Shown one piece after another: positions 38,856 through 48,852 of a stretch of 64,000 bases of DNA. The stretch is from the NCBI GenBank assembly GCA_963731745.1, contig CAVSWT010000032.1, forward strand, positions 35,369-99,368, read 5' to 3'. Below the pieces are notes generated by a model. It was not told the DNA's origin. It saw nothing but the letters and a program-made list of their open reading frames with translations, and did not search any database. Origin of the DNA: an uncultured Ignavibacteriales bacterium. GTDB taxonomy: Bacteria; Bacteroidota; Ignavibacteria; Ignavibacteriales; Ignavibacteriaceae. The position numbers and the translations under genes were made by a program. Positions within the stretch are counted from its first letter, which is position 1, and each line of letters starts with the position of its first letter.

Positions 38856-38984
38856 AATTTAATTTATTGCTTAACAAAGAAGTTCAATTCAAACCGACTT
38901 TTTGCATTCAGATAAATCTATAATTATTTTTGTTTCAACATTTTGATATTTTTCAGAATAATATTCTTAGCAAAGGAGAATTAA

Positions 38985-39731
38985 ATGCACAAATTAGTTT
39001 TATTACGTCACGGTGAAAGTGTTTGGAATAAAGAAAATTTATTTACTGGTTGGACAGATGTTGATTTATCCGAACAAGGATTAAAAGAAGCAAAAAGGGC
39101 CGGCCAGCAGCTTAAAAAAGATGGATATGTTTTTGATATTGCTTTTACTTCAGTATTAAAAAGAGCAATAAGAACTTTATGGATATCGCTTGATGAACTT
39201 GATATGATGTGGATTCCTGTCTACAGGAATTGGCGATTGAATGAAAGACATTACGGCGCATTACAGGGATTGAACAAAGCTCAAACTGCGGAAAAATATG
39301 GCGATGATCAGGTTAAGATTTGGCGACGAAGTTATGATACTCCCCCACCGGTTTTAGAAAAGAATGATGAAAGATATCCTGGTAATGATAGAAGATACAA
39401 AGAACTAAGTGAAAATGAGTTACCTCTTACTGAATGTTTGAAAGATACCGTGGCAAGGTTTCTCCCGCTTTGGAAAGAAACTATTGCTCCAACTATCAAA
39501 AGCGGGAAACGTGTAATTATAGCTGCACACGGAAACAGTTTACGAGCCCTGGTTAAATACCTTGATAATATATCGGAAGATGAAATTGTTAATTTAAATA
39601 TTCCTACCGGCGTTCCACTTGTTTATGAATTAGACGATGATTTAAAACCAATTAAACATTATTATTTAGGCGATCCGGAAGAAATTGCAAAAGCGGCTAA
39701 TGCAGTTGCAAATCAAGGTAAAGCAAAATAG
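38985..39731 (+). CDS. gpmA: 2,3-bisphosphoglycerate-dependent phosphoglycerate mutase
   Basis: [26 protein letters not shown] (RHGE catalytic His), RSYDTPPP and [10 protein letters not shown]. Confidence 0.95.
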   Translation: MHKLVLLRHGESVWNKENLFTGWTDVDLSEQGLKEAKRAGQQLKKDGYVFDIAFTSVLKRAIRTLWISLDELDMMWIPVYRNWRLNERHYGALQGLNKAQTAEKYGDDQVKIWRRSYDTPPPVLEKNDERYPGNDRRYKELSENELPLTECLKDTVARFLPLWKETIAPTIKSGKRVIIAAHGNSLRALVKYLDNISEDEIVNLNIPTGVPLVYELDDDLKPIKHYYLGDPEEIAKAANAVANQGKAK

Positions 39732-39760
39732 CTGTTTCATTTATTGATCTTACAATTTTT

Positions 39761-39833
39761 AAAGATTGGCAATTAACCGTCAGAACATAAAATTAGCCTT
39801 GACTTTCAAACCCAATTTGCCAATCTTTTTTCA
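39761..39833 (+). terminator. Long-loop hairpin followed by a T-run downstream of gpmA
   Basis: AAAGATTGGCAA (39761-39772) pairs with TTGCCAATCTTT (39817-39828), followed by TTT. The 44-nt loop is atypical for a simple terminator. Confidence 0.3.
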
Positions 39834-39873
39834 GCTTTTTTATAAAATAAAGTTTATGGTGGAATTTTAATAC

Positions 39874-40929
39874 ATGCCGAAAAAATTCTTATTCATTCCG
39901 ACATTTTTAATATTTTTCTTATTTAATATTAATACAAATGCACAAACTGTAATCGCAAAATATGCCGGTGAATTTATGGCATTGGGTGTCGGCGGAAGGC
40001 CATCGGGAATGGGCGGCGCTTTTACTGCAATTGCAAATGATGCAACAGCAGGATATTATAATCCGGCGGGTTTAGCACGTTTGAACTATCCGGAAATATC
40101 GCTAATGCATTCCGAACAATTCGGCAGCTTGGTTAATTATGATTATGCGGCAGTTGCAATTCCTTTCGGCAAAGATTTAACTTTTAGCGTTAGTGGAATT
40201 AGATTAGCCGTAGATGGAATACCGGACACTAGAAATGCAATTTATGATGTGAATGGTGATGGAATTGCTGACATAAATGATGTTAATGATCCCAACTTTA
40301 GGCCTCAGACTGATTTGATTACGTATTTTAGTAATCAAGATTATGCTTTTTATTTTTCCTTTGCAAAAAGACAATCAGATAATTTTTCTTATGGCGGTAA
40401 TGTGAAAATTATCAGAAGAGATATTGGTGATGCGGGAGCTACCGGAATTGGAATTGATGTAGCAGCCTTGTATTCGCCATTAAAAGATTTTTTTGTCGGC
40501 GCAAATTTACAAGACGTAACTACAACCTTAGTTGCATGGAGCACTGGTCGAAATGAACTTATAACACCAACGTTGAAATTAGGTGCAGCTTACGGCATTG
40601 ATTTTTTAGGCGGCAAAATTACTCCAGCTTTAGATTTTGATATAAGATTTGAAAACAGACAATTCGCTTCGCAATTTAATATCGGCCCGGTTAGTTTCGA
40701 TGCACATTCAGGACTTGAATTTAATTATAAAAACATCTTCGCAATTCGCGGCGGATATTCAGATGTTAAACAGTTTACAATCGGGGCAGGTGTAAAACTT
40801 CCCAAATTGAATATCGATTATTCATTTGCACGCTTCAATGCTTCTTCATTAGACAGGTTAGATGACACTCATCGAATTTCCTTGATACTTACTTTAGAAG
40901 AGCCTAAATTTTTAAGGGATGGAATTTAG
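39874..40929 (+). CDS. Outer-membrane beta-barrel protein, PorV/PorQ-like
   Basis: Signal peptide ending NAQ. The segment GEFMALGVGGRPSGMGGAFTAIANDATAGYYNPAGLA resembles the PorV/PorQ-family N-terminal signature. Alternating beta-strand pattern through to the C-terminus. Confidence 0.45.
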   Translation: MPKKFLFIPTFLIFFLFNINTNAQTVIAKYAGEFMALGVGGRPSGMGGAFTAIANDATAGYYNPAGLARLNYPEISLMHSEQFGSLVNYDYAAVAIPFGKDLTFSVSGIRLAVDGIPDTRNAIYDVNGDGIADINDVNDPNFRPQTDLITYFSNQDYAFYFSFAKRQSDNFSYGGNVKIIRRDIGDAGATGIGIDVAALYSPLKDFFVGANLQDVTTTLVAWSTGRNELITPTLKLGAAYGIDFLGGKITPALDFDIRFENRQFASQFNIGPVSFDAHSGLEFNYKNIFAIRGGYSDVKQFTIGAGVKLPKLNIDYSFARFNASSLDRLDDTHRISLILTLEEPKFLRDGI

Positions 40930-40950
40930 CACTTATTAAGGAGATGGATA

Positions 40951-41175
40951 ATGTTTCCTGAACTCCAACCTTTAGGTAAAATATTAATTGTAGTTGGACT
41001 ATTTATAGTTGTAGTAGGGATATTTTTGTTATTTGGAGATAAGATTCCATTTCTCGGCAAGCTTCCTGGCGACATAATTATCAAAAAGAAAAATTTTACA
41101 CTCTACTTCCCTATTGTTACTTCAATCATTCTTAGCATAATAATCAGTTTGATAATTTATCTATTTAGAAAATGA
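40951..41175 (+). CDS. DUF2905-family small membrane protein
   Basis: 74 aa. LGKLPGDIIIKKKNFTLYFPIVTSIILS matches the DUF2905 core as I recall it. Confidence 0.65.
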   Translation: MFPELQPLGKILIVVGLFIVVVGIFLLFGDKIPFLGKLPGDIIIKKKNFTLYFPIVTSIILSIIISLIIYLFRK

Positions 41176-41206
41176 TACTATTGCAGTAAACTAAAGTATG
41201 CTTTTT

Positions 41207-41803
41207 TTAAGATTTAGATTTTAAATCTTCAATTTGTTTTACAAAGGTTTCTTTATCAACTAATCCAACATACTTCGCAACAATTTCTCCATTTTGATCA
41301 ATTACAATGGTAGTCGGAATTGCTTCAATTCCACCATAATCGTTTGTAACCTTTTCATCTCCATAAACAATGGGATAATTAATATTAAACTTTTCTGCAA
41401 AGGGTATGACGTCATTTTTTGTACTTGTGTCTAACGAAATGCCAATAACTCTTAAATCATTTTTGTATTTATCCTGTAAAGAAACTAAATCTGGAATCCC
41501 TCTTCTGCAGGGTCCGCACCAAGTAGCCCAAAAATCAAGAATAACTATTTTCCCATTATAATCTTTTAAGCTTACAGTTTTTCCATCAGTACTTTCCAAA
41601 GAAAAATCCGGTGCAGTTTTATCATTTTTATTAACATTGATTTGAGATGTTCTTGAATTAGATTCTGCATTATCATTTTCAGCTTTTGAATTTTTAGAAC
41701 AGCCAAATACAAACAACAGCGTTACTAAAAAGATTACAAATAATATATTATATCTTAACTTTTGCACATTGCATCCTTTCATTAGGTTACTTCTTTTTAT
41801 CAA
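41207..41803 (-). CDS. TlpA-family thiol-disulfide oxidoreductase lipoprotein
   Basis: Lipobox FVFGC. ILDFWATWCGPCRRGIP is present. Confidence 0.85.
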   Translation of the reverse strand: MIKRSNLMKGCNVQKLRYNILFVIFLVTLLFVFGCSKNSKAENDNAESNSRTSQINVNKNDKTAPDFSLESTDGKTVSLKDYNGKIVILDFWATWCGPCRRGIPDLVSLQDKYKNDLRVIGISLDTSTKNDVIPFAEKFNINYPIVYGDEKVTNDYGGIEAIPTTIVIDQNGEIVAKYVGLVDKETFVKQIEDLKSKS

Positions 41804-42044
41804 TTTGAAGATTGGGACTTATGGTTGTATCCACTTTGCTTTTTTCAGATTGTTTGTAATACGGGGGATACGGGCCAGCAGCAGGAACATCTCTCGTGTT
41901 ATTAACTATAAAGAATATTAATAGAATCACAAAAATTATAATCGTCCAAATTGTATTTTTATATTTTGGATCTATCAAATGCTTCTTTTCAATCTTTGTT
42001 TTCCCAATTTGTCTTTCTCTTGGTTTGTTATTTTTTTGAGCCAT
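41787..42044 (-). CDS. Small single-pass membrane protein, hypothetical
   Basis: 85 aa with a basic N-terminus and TM helix IWTIIIFVILLIFFIV. It overlaps the start of the TlpA gene by 17 nt, which suggests translational coupling. Confidence 0.35.
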   Translation of the reverse strand: MAQKNNKPRERQIGKTKIEKKHLIDPKYKNTIWTIIIFVILLIFFIVNNTRDVPAAGPYPPYYKQSEKSKVDTTISPNLQIDKKK

Positions 42045-42123
42045 AACTTGTTAAGTGTTCCTTAAATTGTTTTTATCTAATCGTTAAACTTAATAAATAA
42101 TGTATTATTATTCTAAACTAATG

Positions 42124-43197
42124 CTAATTAAAAAGCTTAAGCTGATTGTTGTATGAATTGATAAAATTCTTAACTTCAATACCAATTCTTTGTTTATTTA
42201 AACCATATTTCTCACAGCTCAAATAAAAAAGATTATGAATCGCTTCAGCCTGCTCGCCTTTTGCGGAAAACCTTTCACCAAATTCAGATGAATTTAATTT
42301 ACCATCTCTCATTTCTTTTATTTTATTAATTATTTTTTTCGCTCTATCGGGAAATTCTCTTTCAATCCAATCAGTAAATAAATCTTTAACTTGGTATGGA
42401 AGCCTTAACATGATGTGTCCCGCGTATAGCGCACCTCTTTCCGAGGCTGATTTTAAAATATCAGGAATCTCTTTGTCATTTAATCCGGGAATTATAGGAG
42501 CGATATTTACCCCAGTTGGTATATTATTTTTAGCCATCAGTTCAATTGTTTCAAGTCTTTTAATTGGTGATGCCGTGCGTGGTTCCATTTTTCTGCAAAG
42601 CTTTGGGTCCAAACTTGTTATAGATAATGTAACGGAAACTAATTTTTCTTTTGCCATTTCTTTTAGTATGTCAACATCTCTTTGCACTAAAAGATTTTTT
42701 GTAATGATTGAAGCGGGATTTTTGTATCTCAAACAAACTTTAAGCGCTTCACGAGTTATTTTTAATTTCCTTTCCAATGGCTGATAACAATCCGTATTAC
42801 CCGAAAACATTATCATTTTAGGAACATAATTCTTCTTTTGAAATTCTTTTTCTAAGAGGTGCGGCGCATCTAGCTTAACCATTATTTTAGTTTCAAAATC
42901 TAGTCCGGATGAGAAACCTAAAAATTCATGCGTGGGTCTGGCATAACAATAAATGCATCCATGTTCACAACCACGATAAGGATTAAAAGAGTAATCAAAT
43001 CCAACATCGGGACTGTCATTTTTTGAAATAATGCTTTTTGACTCATCCTTTAGATAAGTTGTGGGAATTTTCCTTTCAACATCTTCATCATAGAAATTAT
43101 CTATTTCATCCGATTTAAAATCATCAATAGAAAATTGTTCAAATCGATTTTTGGGATTTAAACGAGATGCTCTGCCTAATGGTTTTTGTTCAAACAT
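42124..43197 (-). CDS. Radical SAM protein (PA0069 / SplB-like family)
   Basis: CEHGCIYCYARPTHEFLG is a CxxxCxxC motif in the context typical of the PA0069 family. Confidence 0.75.
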   Translation of the reverse strand: MFEQKPLGRASRLNPKNRFEQFSIDDFKSDEIDNFYDEDVERKIPTTYLKDESKSIISKNDSPDVGFDYSFNPYRGCEHGCIYCYARPTHEFLGFSSGLDFETKIMVKLDAPHLLEKEFQKKNYVPKMIMFSGNTDCYQPLERKLKITREALKVCLRYKNPASIITKNLLVQRDVDILKEMAKEKLVSVTLSITSLDPKLCRKMEPRTASPIKRLETIELMAKNNIPTGVNIAPIIPGLNDKEIPDILKSASERGALYAGHIMLRLPYQVKDLFTDWIEREFPDRAKKIINKIKEMRDGKLNSSEFGERFSAKGEQAEAIHNLFYLSCEKYGLNKQRIGIEVKNFINSYNNQLKLFN

Positions 43198-43335
43198 ATT
43201 AATTTTTGGGAAATTTAACCCGAATATAATTATTAAAAATTAATTTTAGTGTGTTAAAAAGAATCTCTCAATTCTACTTATTATCAGCTAATTTATTATA
43301 ATTGGAGTGATTCTTAACTAAAGTTAAAAAATAAA

Positions 43336-44679
43336 ATGATTTTTGAAAAAGAAACTATCGAAATTTTAAAAAGAGCTTTAACTAAACTAGAGCATGAATT
43401 TAAATTGCCGGAAATTCCTGAAGCTGCTGATTTAGATTATGAAAAAATTGAGTCTATACTATCCGAAACTGCTGATAAATTAAAGGATAATTTTCCGTAT
43501 TTTCATCCGCTTTACGCAGGCCAAATGTTGAAACCGCCGCATCCGATTGCTCGAGCAGCATATATGCTTAGCATGTGGATAAATCCAAATAATCATGCTT
43601 TGGATGGAGGGAAAGCAAGCTCGCAAATGGAAAAAGAAGCTGTTTCAGAAATTGCAAAAATGTTTGGCTGGGAAGAACACCTTGGACATTTAACCGGAGG
43701 CGGAACTATGGCCAATTTGGAAGCCTTATGGATTTCGGGTAAACTTCATCCAAATAAAATTATAGTTGGTTCTGATCAAGCGCATTACACACATCAAAGA
43801 ATATCAGATGTTTTAAAATTGCCATTTAAAAAAATCAAATCAACTAATTGTGGGCAGATGGATATAAATGATTTAGAAAATATTTTACGAGAAGAAAAAG
43901 TTGGAACTGTCGTCGTTACAATCGGAACAACGGGAACCGGCAGTGTTGATCCTCTTTATCAAATAATTGAATTACAAAAAAAATATAAATTTAGGATTCA
44001 TGCTGATGCTGCTTACGGCGGATACTTTACACTTGCCGATAATTTGCAGAAAGAAACATCTAAAAATTATGAACTATTAAGTGAAGTTGACAGTATAGTA
44101 ATTGATCCTCATAAACACGGCCTTCAACCATACGGCTGCGGTTGTATTCTATTTAAAGATCCGTCAGTGAGTAAATTTTATTACCATGATTCCCCTTACA
44201 CTTATTATAGCTCGGAAGAAATTCATTTAGGAGAAATCAGCTTAGAATGTTCCCGTCCCGGCGCCTCCGCAGTTGGGCTTTGGGCTACACAAAAATTGCT
44301 TCCTTTAGAAAAGAACGGCGAGTTTGCAAAAGAAATTTCCAAATGCAGAGATGCGGCAAAACAAATTGTCCAAAAAATTAATAATGATGACAGATTTAAA
44401 TTAATTTTAGAACCCGAATTGGATATTGTAGTTTGGTATATACGGGCAAAAAGCACTCAAAAAATATCGGATCTGTCAAGAAAGTTTTTTAAAAAAGCAG
44501 AAAAAAATAATTTGTTTCTTTCTCTGTTGAATATTCCATCTTCAAAAATTAATTTGGATAATGTTTTAATCAATAGCGAGAATGTAACATGCTTAAGGTC
44601 ATGCTTGATGAAACCCGAACATTTAAATTGGGTTGAAGAATTATGGAATCGAATTCAAAAAACAATGGATGAGATGTGA
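43336..44679 (+). CDS. PLP-dependent group II decarboxylase-like enzyme
   Basis: GGGTMANLEAL and the PLP-lysine context SIVIDPHKHGLQPYGCG. Confidence 0.7.
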   Translation: MIFEKETIEILKRALTKLEHEFKLPEIPEAADLDYEKIESILSETADKLKDNFPYFHPLYAGQMLKPPHPIARAAYMLSMWINPNNHALDGGKASSQMEKEAVSEIAKMFGWEEHLGHLTGGGTMANLEALWISGKLHPNKIIVGSDQAHYTHQRISDVLKLPFKKIKSTNCGQMDINDLENILREEKVGTVVVTIGTTGTGSVDPLYQIIELQKKYKFRIHADAAYGGYFTLADNLQKETSKNYELLSEVDSIVIDPHKHGLQPYGCGCILFKDPSVSKFYYHDSPYTYYSSEEIHLGEISLECSRPGASAVGLWATQKLLPLEKNGEFAKEISKCRDAAKQIVQKINNDDRFKLILEPELDIVVWYIRAKSTQKISDLSRKFFKKAEKNNLFLSLLNIPSSKINLDNVLINSENVTCLRSCLMKPEHLNWVEELWNRIQKTMDEM

Positions 44680-44698
44680 TTATTTTTCTAACGAGGCA

Positions 44699-45373
44699 TT
44701 AATTTTTTATTTTCGAAATAACTTTCACAAGGCTATTTTCATTATCTGTTTTATTCTTATCATACCAGTTCAATAAATCTTCTATAACGTCTATATCATT
44801 TAGCTTATCTATCGTCTCAAAGTTTAAATTATTTAATTCAATTTTTTCGATTGTATTTTTGAATACCGAATCATTTCCCCAATTAATTCCTTCAAAAACT
44901 TTATTGAAATATTTATTCATTCCAATTAAATAGTAACCGCCGTCCTTAGAAGGTCCAATAACAATTTCATTTTTGTCCAATACTTTAAATGATTTTGTTA
45001 AAATTGTTTCTGATATATCAGGAATATCAGTTCCGATTAGAATAATTTTTTCAAAACCTAGGGTAAATACAGATTCAAAAGCATTTGCCATCTTCTCGCC
45101 AAGATCCGCTCCCAGCTGCGAATAAATTAAAAATCTTATGTCAAGCCAATCTCGCCATAACTTTTCTTCACCTTCATTTAAATAGAAAACAAAAAGTGTA
45201 TATTCATTTTCATCTAGCTTTAAACATTCCCTGATTGTATGCTCGGCTAAAAGTTTATGAATATTATATGCCGATTCATTTCCGACCGATGCGGCCAATC
45301 TTGTTTTTACTTTTCCGAATTCAGGATATCTGGTAAAAATGATTACCGCATTTTTGTTTTTTTTATGATTCAT
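44699..45373 (-). CDS. DUF2064-family (TIGR04282-like) nucleotide-diphospho-sugar transferase-fold protein
   Basis: AVIIFTRYPEFGKVKTRLA ... LGEKMANAF ... LIGTDIPD ... GPSKDGGYYLIG. Confidence 0.65.
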   Translation of the reverse strand: MNHKKNKNAVIIFTRYPEFGKVKTRLAASVGNESAYNIHKLLAEHTIRECLKLDENEYTLFVFYLNEGEEKLWRDWLDIRFLIYSQLGADLGEKMANAFESVFTLGFEKIILIGTDIPDISETILTKSFKVLDKNEIVIGPSKDGGYYLIGMNKYFNKVFEGINWGNDSVFKNTIEKIELNNLNFETIDKLNDIDVIEDLLNWYDKNKTDNENSLVKVISKIKN

Positions 45374-46052
45374 TTTTGATTTGAGAGAAAATCGTTTTCA
45401 AAATAATTATGCTCGCCATAAAAGTTCCTTTTAAGGTTCCTGTAACTTTTGATTTTCCTATTCTTTTTCTATAGCCCACAGGTATTTCTAAAATTTTATA
45501 TTTTTTCTTGGCCGCCTTAATTTGCATTTCAACGGTCCAGCCATACCATTTATCTTTCATATTTAACGATAAAAGTTTGTCAAACTTTATGGCCCTAAAC
45601 GGACCGAGATCCGTATATTTAACTTTCCAAAACGCATTAATTAAAAATCCAGCAATTATGCTTCCCACTTGCGATTGAAAAGGCAAAGAACCTTTTTCTC
45701 TTTTACCTAGAATTCTACTGCCAATTACAAAATCAAAATTGTCATTAATAATTGGATTTAAAAGAAATGAAATTTCTTTTGGATAATCGCTATAGTCACC
45801 ATCTAAAAAAACAACTATCTCACATTTTTTGGATTTGGCATATTCAATTCCTTTCAAACACGCAGCCCCGTATCCTTGAAAAGCTTCATATAAAACTGTT
45901 GCGCCGGCTTCCCTTGCCACGAAGGCTGTATTGTCAGTGGAATTATTATCAACAACTATAATTTCATTTACAATATCCGAGGGAATTTCATTTATGACTT
46001 TGGCAATTGATTTCTCTTCGTTAAAGGCCGGTATGATAGCAAAAATATTCAT
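45363..46052 (-). CDS. GT2-family glycosyltransferase
   Basis: IFAIIPAFNEEKSI, IIVVDNNSTDNT and FLDGDYSD (DxD). Overlaps the downstream DUF2064 gene by 11 nt. Confidence 0.8.
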   Translation of the reverse strand: MNIFAIIPAFNEEKSIAKVINEIPSDIVNEIIVVDNNSTDNTAFVAREAGATVLYEAFQGYGAACLKGIEYAKSKKCEIVVFLDGDYSDYPKEISFLLNPIINDNFDFVIGSRILGKREKGSLPFQSQVGSIIAGFLINAFWKVKYTDLGPFRAIKFDKLLSLNMKDKWYGWTVEMQIKAAKKKYKILEIPVGYRKRIGKSKVTGTLKGTFMASIIILKTIFSQIKNES

Positions 46053-46109
46053 TTGTCAAACAAAATCTTTACTGCTTTTTAATAATTATTTTGGAAATTA
46101 TAGGGATTG

Positions 46110-47654
46110 TTATTTAGGATTAAATGCAAAAATATGACTGCCATAACTTCTTAATTCAACATAAAGCCCTTGAGTAATGATATCAGAAACGGAGCGTTTA
46201 TATTTTTGATTGTCTAATAAATCTACCAATTCAATTTCAGGGTTTGTATTACTTGGATCAAATTTTACTCTGCATTGAGAAGTATTTTCTGAAAAATTAA
46301 TAATAGTTAATCGATAATTATTTTCCAGTCTCCATAAAAAGACAAATATATTTTCGTAACTATGGTTGTCGGGTGAAACCGGGAATGCTTTTAGTTGTAA
46401 AAATTCACCGTCGATAAAGATTCTATCTTTGGTAATCTTTAATATTTTATCATAAAATTCTTTTATCCTTTCGGATTCCTTTTCTTTTGGTTCTCTGCCA
46501 AGCTGAACCGGAAGTTTAATTTTTTTGCCTTCAAACTGACCATCATAATAAAGTTTCATTCCAGGCACCGAGCTTATTAAAATTGCTGCTGCCATGGAAG
46601 CTTGTTTTCCAAATTTTTCTATCGCTCTTTTCTCATCATGGTTTTCAATAAATCTAACAGACTTTAATTGAAAAGATAAATCAGCGTGTAAATGATTTCT
46701 TACACCTGTTAAATCGTGTGATGATAATCTATCCAATAATCTTTTATCATATGTATAGTCGAATCCTAATTGCTGCAATTGCCATTCTAAATCCCAATAT
46801 GCTTCGGCAATAAAAATAAATTCTTTGTTTTTATTTTTAACTTTTCTTATAGCATATTGCCAAAATTCTTCAGTTGGTTTATGAATATCATGTTTGTTAA
46901 TCACTCCTAGCCATGTATTTTTAAAGACGTTATTTAGCTGAAGCATTGCCATATCGCATCGAACTCCATCGCAGACTTCAGTTAACTTTAACAGTGTGTT
47001 GGTTAAAAACTCTCTAGCATTTTCATTGAAAAGATTCAACTGAATTGTATCTGTCCAGGCGGGAAATAACGGATCTCGGCCATGCGCAAAAATTTTATCT
47101 GGCTGAAGATCAGATTTGAAAAAAGTGTGTGGATCATTTTTAAATATTTCTTCATCTGCTTGAAGAAATATTTCTGGATTAGTTTGAATTAATTTAGTCC
47201 CACCACTTAAATGATTGGGAATAAAATCAAGAATTAATTTTAATCCCTCTTTATTTAAATCTGCTTTGAATTTTTTCAAATCTTCCCAGGAGCCATAATC
47301 GGGATTAACTTCATAGCTGCTTATTGAAAAAGGAGAGCCTATTACGTCTTCCTCTTTCCAATCTTTAAGTGCTTTGTTGTACGCGGAAATTAATCCAGAC
47401 TCAAAGCAGCATTCTTTAATGATGTTTTCGTCACTCGTTTTCCACATACCCATAAGCCAAAAAAAACTGATGCCTTTTTCAGCAAGAGTACGAAAATAAT
47501 TCGTCGGGATGCCTGAAATTTTTGCCTGCTCACCAAAATTTTTAATCCATAATCTAAAGTTTATTTCATAAATTTTAGGATTTATAGTACCCAATTTTTG
47601 CCTAATTTTTTTTGAAGGTGTTGTAAAAGTTACGTAATATTTAAGTATTTTCAA
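46110..47654 (-). CDS. Alpha-amylase-family (GH13-like) glycoside hydrolase
   Basis: LILDFIPNHLS (region I), GVRCDMAML (region II), FIFIAEAYWD (region III), RFIENHDEKR (region IV). Confidence 0.75.
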   Translation of the reverse strand: MKILKYYVTFTTPSKKIRQKLGTINPKIYEINFRLWIKNFGEQAKISGIPTNYFRTLAEKGISFFWLMGMWKTSDENIIKECCFESGLISAYNKALKDWKEEDVIGSPFSISSYEVNPDYGSWEDLKKFKADLNKEGLKLILDFIPNHLSGGTKLIQTNPEIFLQADEEIFKNDPHTFFKSDLQPDKIFAHGRDPLFPAWTDTIQLNLFNENAREFLTNTLLKLTEVCDGVRCDMAMLQLNNVFKNTWLGVINKHDIHKPTEEFWQYAIRKVKNKNKEFIFIAEAYWDLEWQLQQLGFDYTYDKRLLDRLSSHDLTGVRNHLHADLSFQLKSVRFIENHDEKRAIEKFGKQASMAAAILISSVPGMKLYYDGQFEGKKIKLPVQLGREPKEKESERIKEFYDKILKITKDRIFIDGEFLQLKAFPVSPDNHSYENIFVFLWRLENNYRLTIINFSENTSQCRVKFDPSNTNPEIELVDLLDNQKYKRSVSDIITQGLYVELRSYGSHIFAFNPK

Positions 47655-47895
47655 CTATTAGTTTTTAAAGAATTTTAAAATCACTGCTAAACCAACTTTT
47701 TTCACAAATTATGTTCTATTATTTCTAAAAAGATAAAATTAGAAAGATAGTTGCTATGTGGAATAATAATTGTTAAGCAATTATGATTTCATGCTTTTCA
47801 TCGTTACCTAATTAATAATTTGTGATTTAGTTATCAGATTTAAAAGTGATTAAGTTATAACTTGTTTACTTAAATTAAGAAAATTTGAGGCGTTA

Positions 47896-48843
47896 ATGAT
47901 TGAAACTAAAAAAACAGTTGAGCCAGCAATTGCTACAAAGTCGACTGGCAATGGTACCAACGGGCTAGAGGGAAAAGTAAATTATTACAAAGATGCTGCC
48001 CTTAACAAAATAAACTTTTCTGTGATTCTAAAGCCTTTGTCAATTTCTTTCGGTGCTCTTATAATATCATTTTTTCTCGACCTATCCTCCGTTCCAATTC
48101 TTGGAAATGTAACTGTTAATATTGCTAAATATTTATTCCCCACCTGGGAACCAGTGCAAGAATCTTTTGCCCCATATAGTTTTTGGTGGCTGCCTGTATT
48201 AGTATTTGTATTTTTTGTTTTCATGGCATTTTTAGCTTATAATAAACTTAAGGTTGAAATTAGCAGAACTCCCGTATCAGAAACTATAGATAGAATTATA
48301 AATTCTTACACAAGTATAGTTGACGGGCTTGCTACAGCGCTTCCATTAATTGGTGCGGCAATACTTTTAATAAGCATTAAACTTGGGGAAGAAGTCTTTC
48401 TCGGTTTGTCTGTTCCGTTTGAAATTAAAGCCTTAATAGTTTTAGCAATTGGTAAATTATTCGAACCGGTTTTAGATCAACTCGGCGTGGAGTTCCAAAA
48501 TGTAGTTACTCATGTTCATGATATCAGAGAAAAATATTATTCAGAAACTAGATATGAAGATGAACGAAGTAATATTTCTAATTTACCGGAAATATCTCTT
48601 CAAGATCTTGAACGATACAAAACCGTCTTACAACAGTCTTCAACTTTAAGCGAAAGCATGGTGAAAAATTTTAATGCTGTAAGTGTTATTCTTCAAAAAA
48701 TTAATGAAAGCCAAAGTATCACTTCTGAGAAAATTGATAAGTTGAATCAATTAACTCAATCAATAACTAACGCCGCAAAGTCACTAAGTGACGAAAAAAC
48801 TATATCCGGCTTAAAATCATTAGAATCAATCGTAAAAAAATAA
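47896..48843 (+). CDS. Polytopic membrane protein with C-terminal coiled coil; GldL/MotA-ExbB-like stator-subunit candidate
   Basis: GAGG RBS and four predicted TM helices. The last hairpin, PLIGAAILLISIKLG..FEIKALIVLAIGKLFEPV, resembles GldL TM1/TM2 (GMGAAVVIVGALFK..TEALIFALSAFEPV, recalled from memory). The C-terminal 120 aa are Q/S/K-rich helical. The CDS call is solid; the function is tentative. Confidence 0.4.
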   Translation: MIETKKTVEPAIATKSTGNGTNGLEGKVNYYKDAALNKINFSVILKPLSISFGALIISFFLDLSSVPILGNVTVNIAKYLFPTWEPVQESFAPYSFWWLPVLVFVFFVFMAFLAYNKLKVEISRTPVSETIDRIINSYTSIVDGLATALPLIGAAILLISIKLGEEVFLGLSVPFEIKALIVLAIGKLFEPVLDQLGVEFQNVVTHVHDIREKYYSETRYEDERSNISNLPEISLQDLERYKTVLQQSSTLSESMVKNFNAVSVILQKINESQSITSEKIDKLNQLTQSITNAAKSLSDEKTISGLKSLESIVKK

Positions 48844-48852
48844 AACACAACT

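Noticed and set aside
47757-47775. A sigma-54-like motif GGAAT-N5-TTGT upstream of the GldL/GldM-like cassette.
   Set aside because: The spacing is right, but the invariant -12 GC is GT. It lies 125 nt from the ATG in very AT-rich DNA where such near-matches occur by chance.
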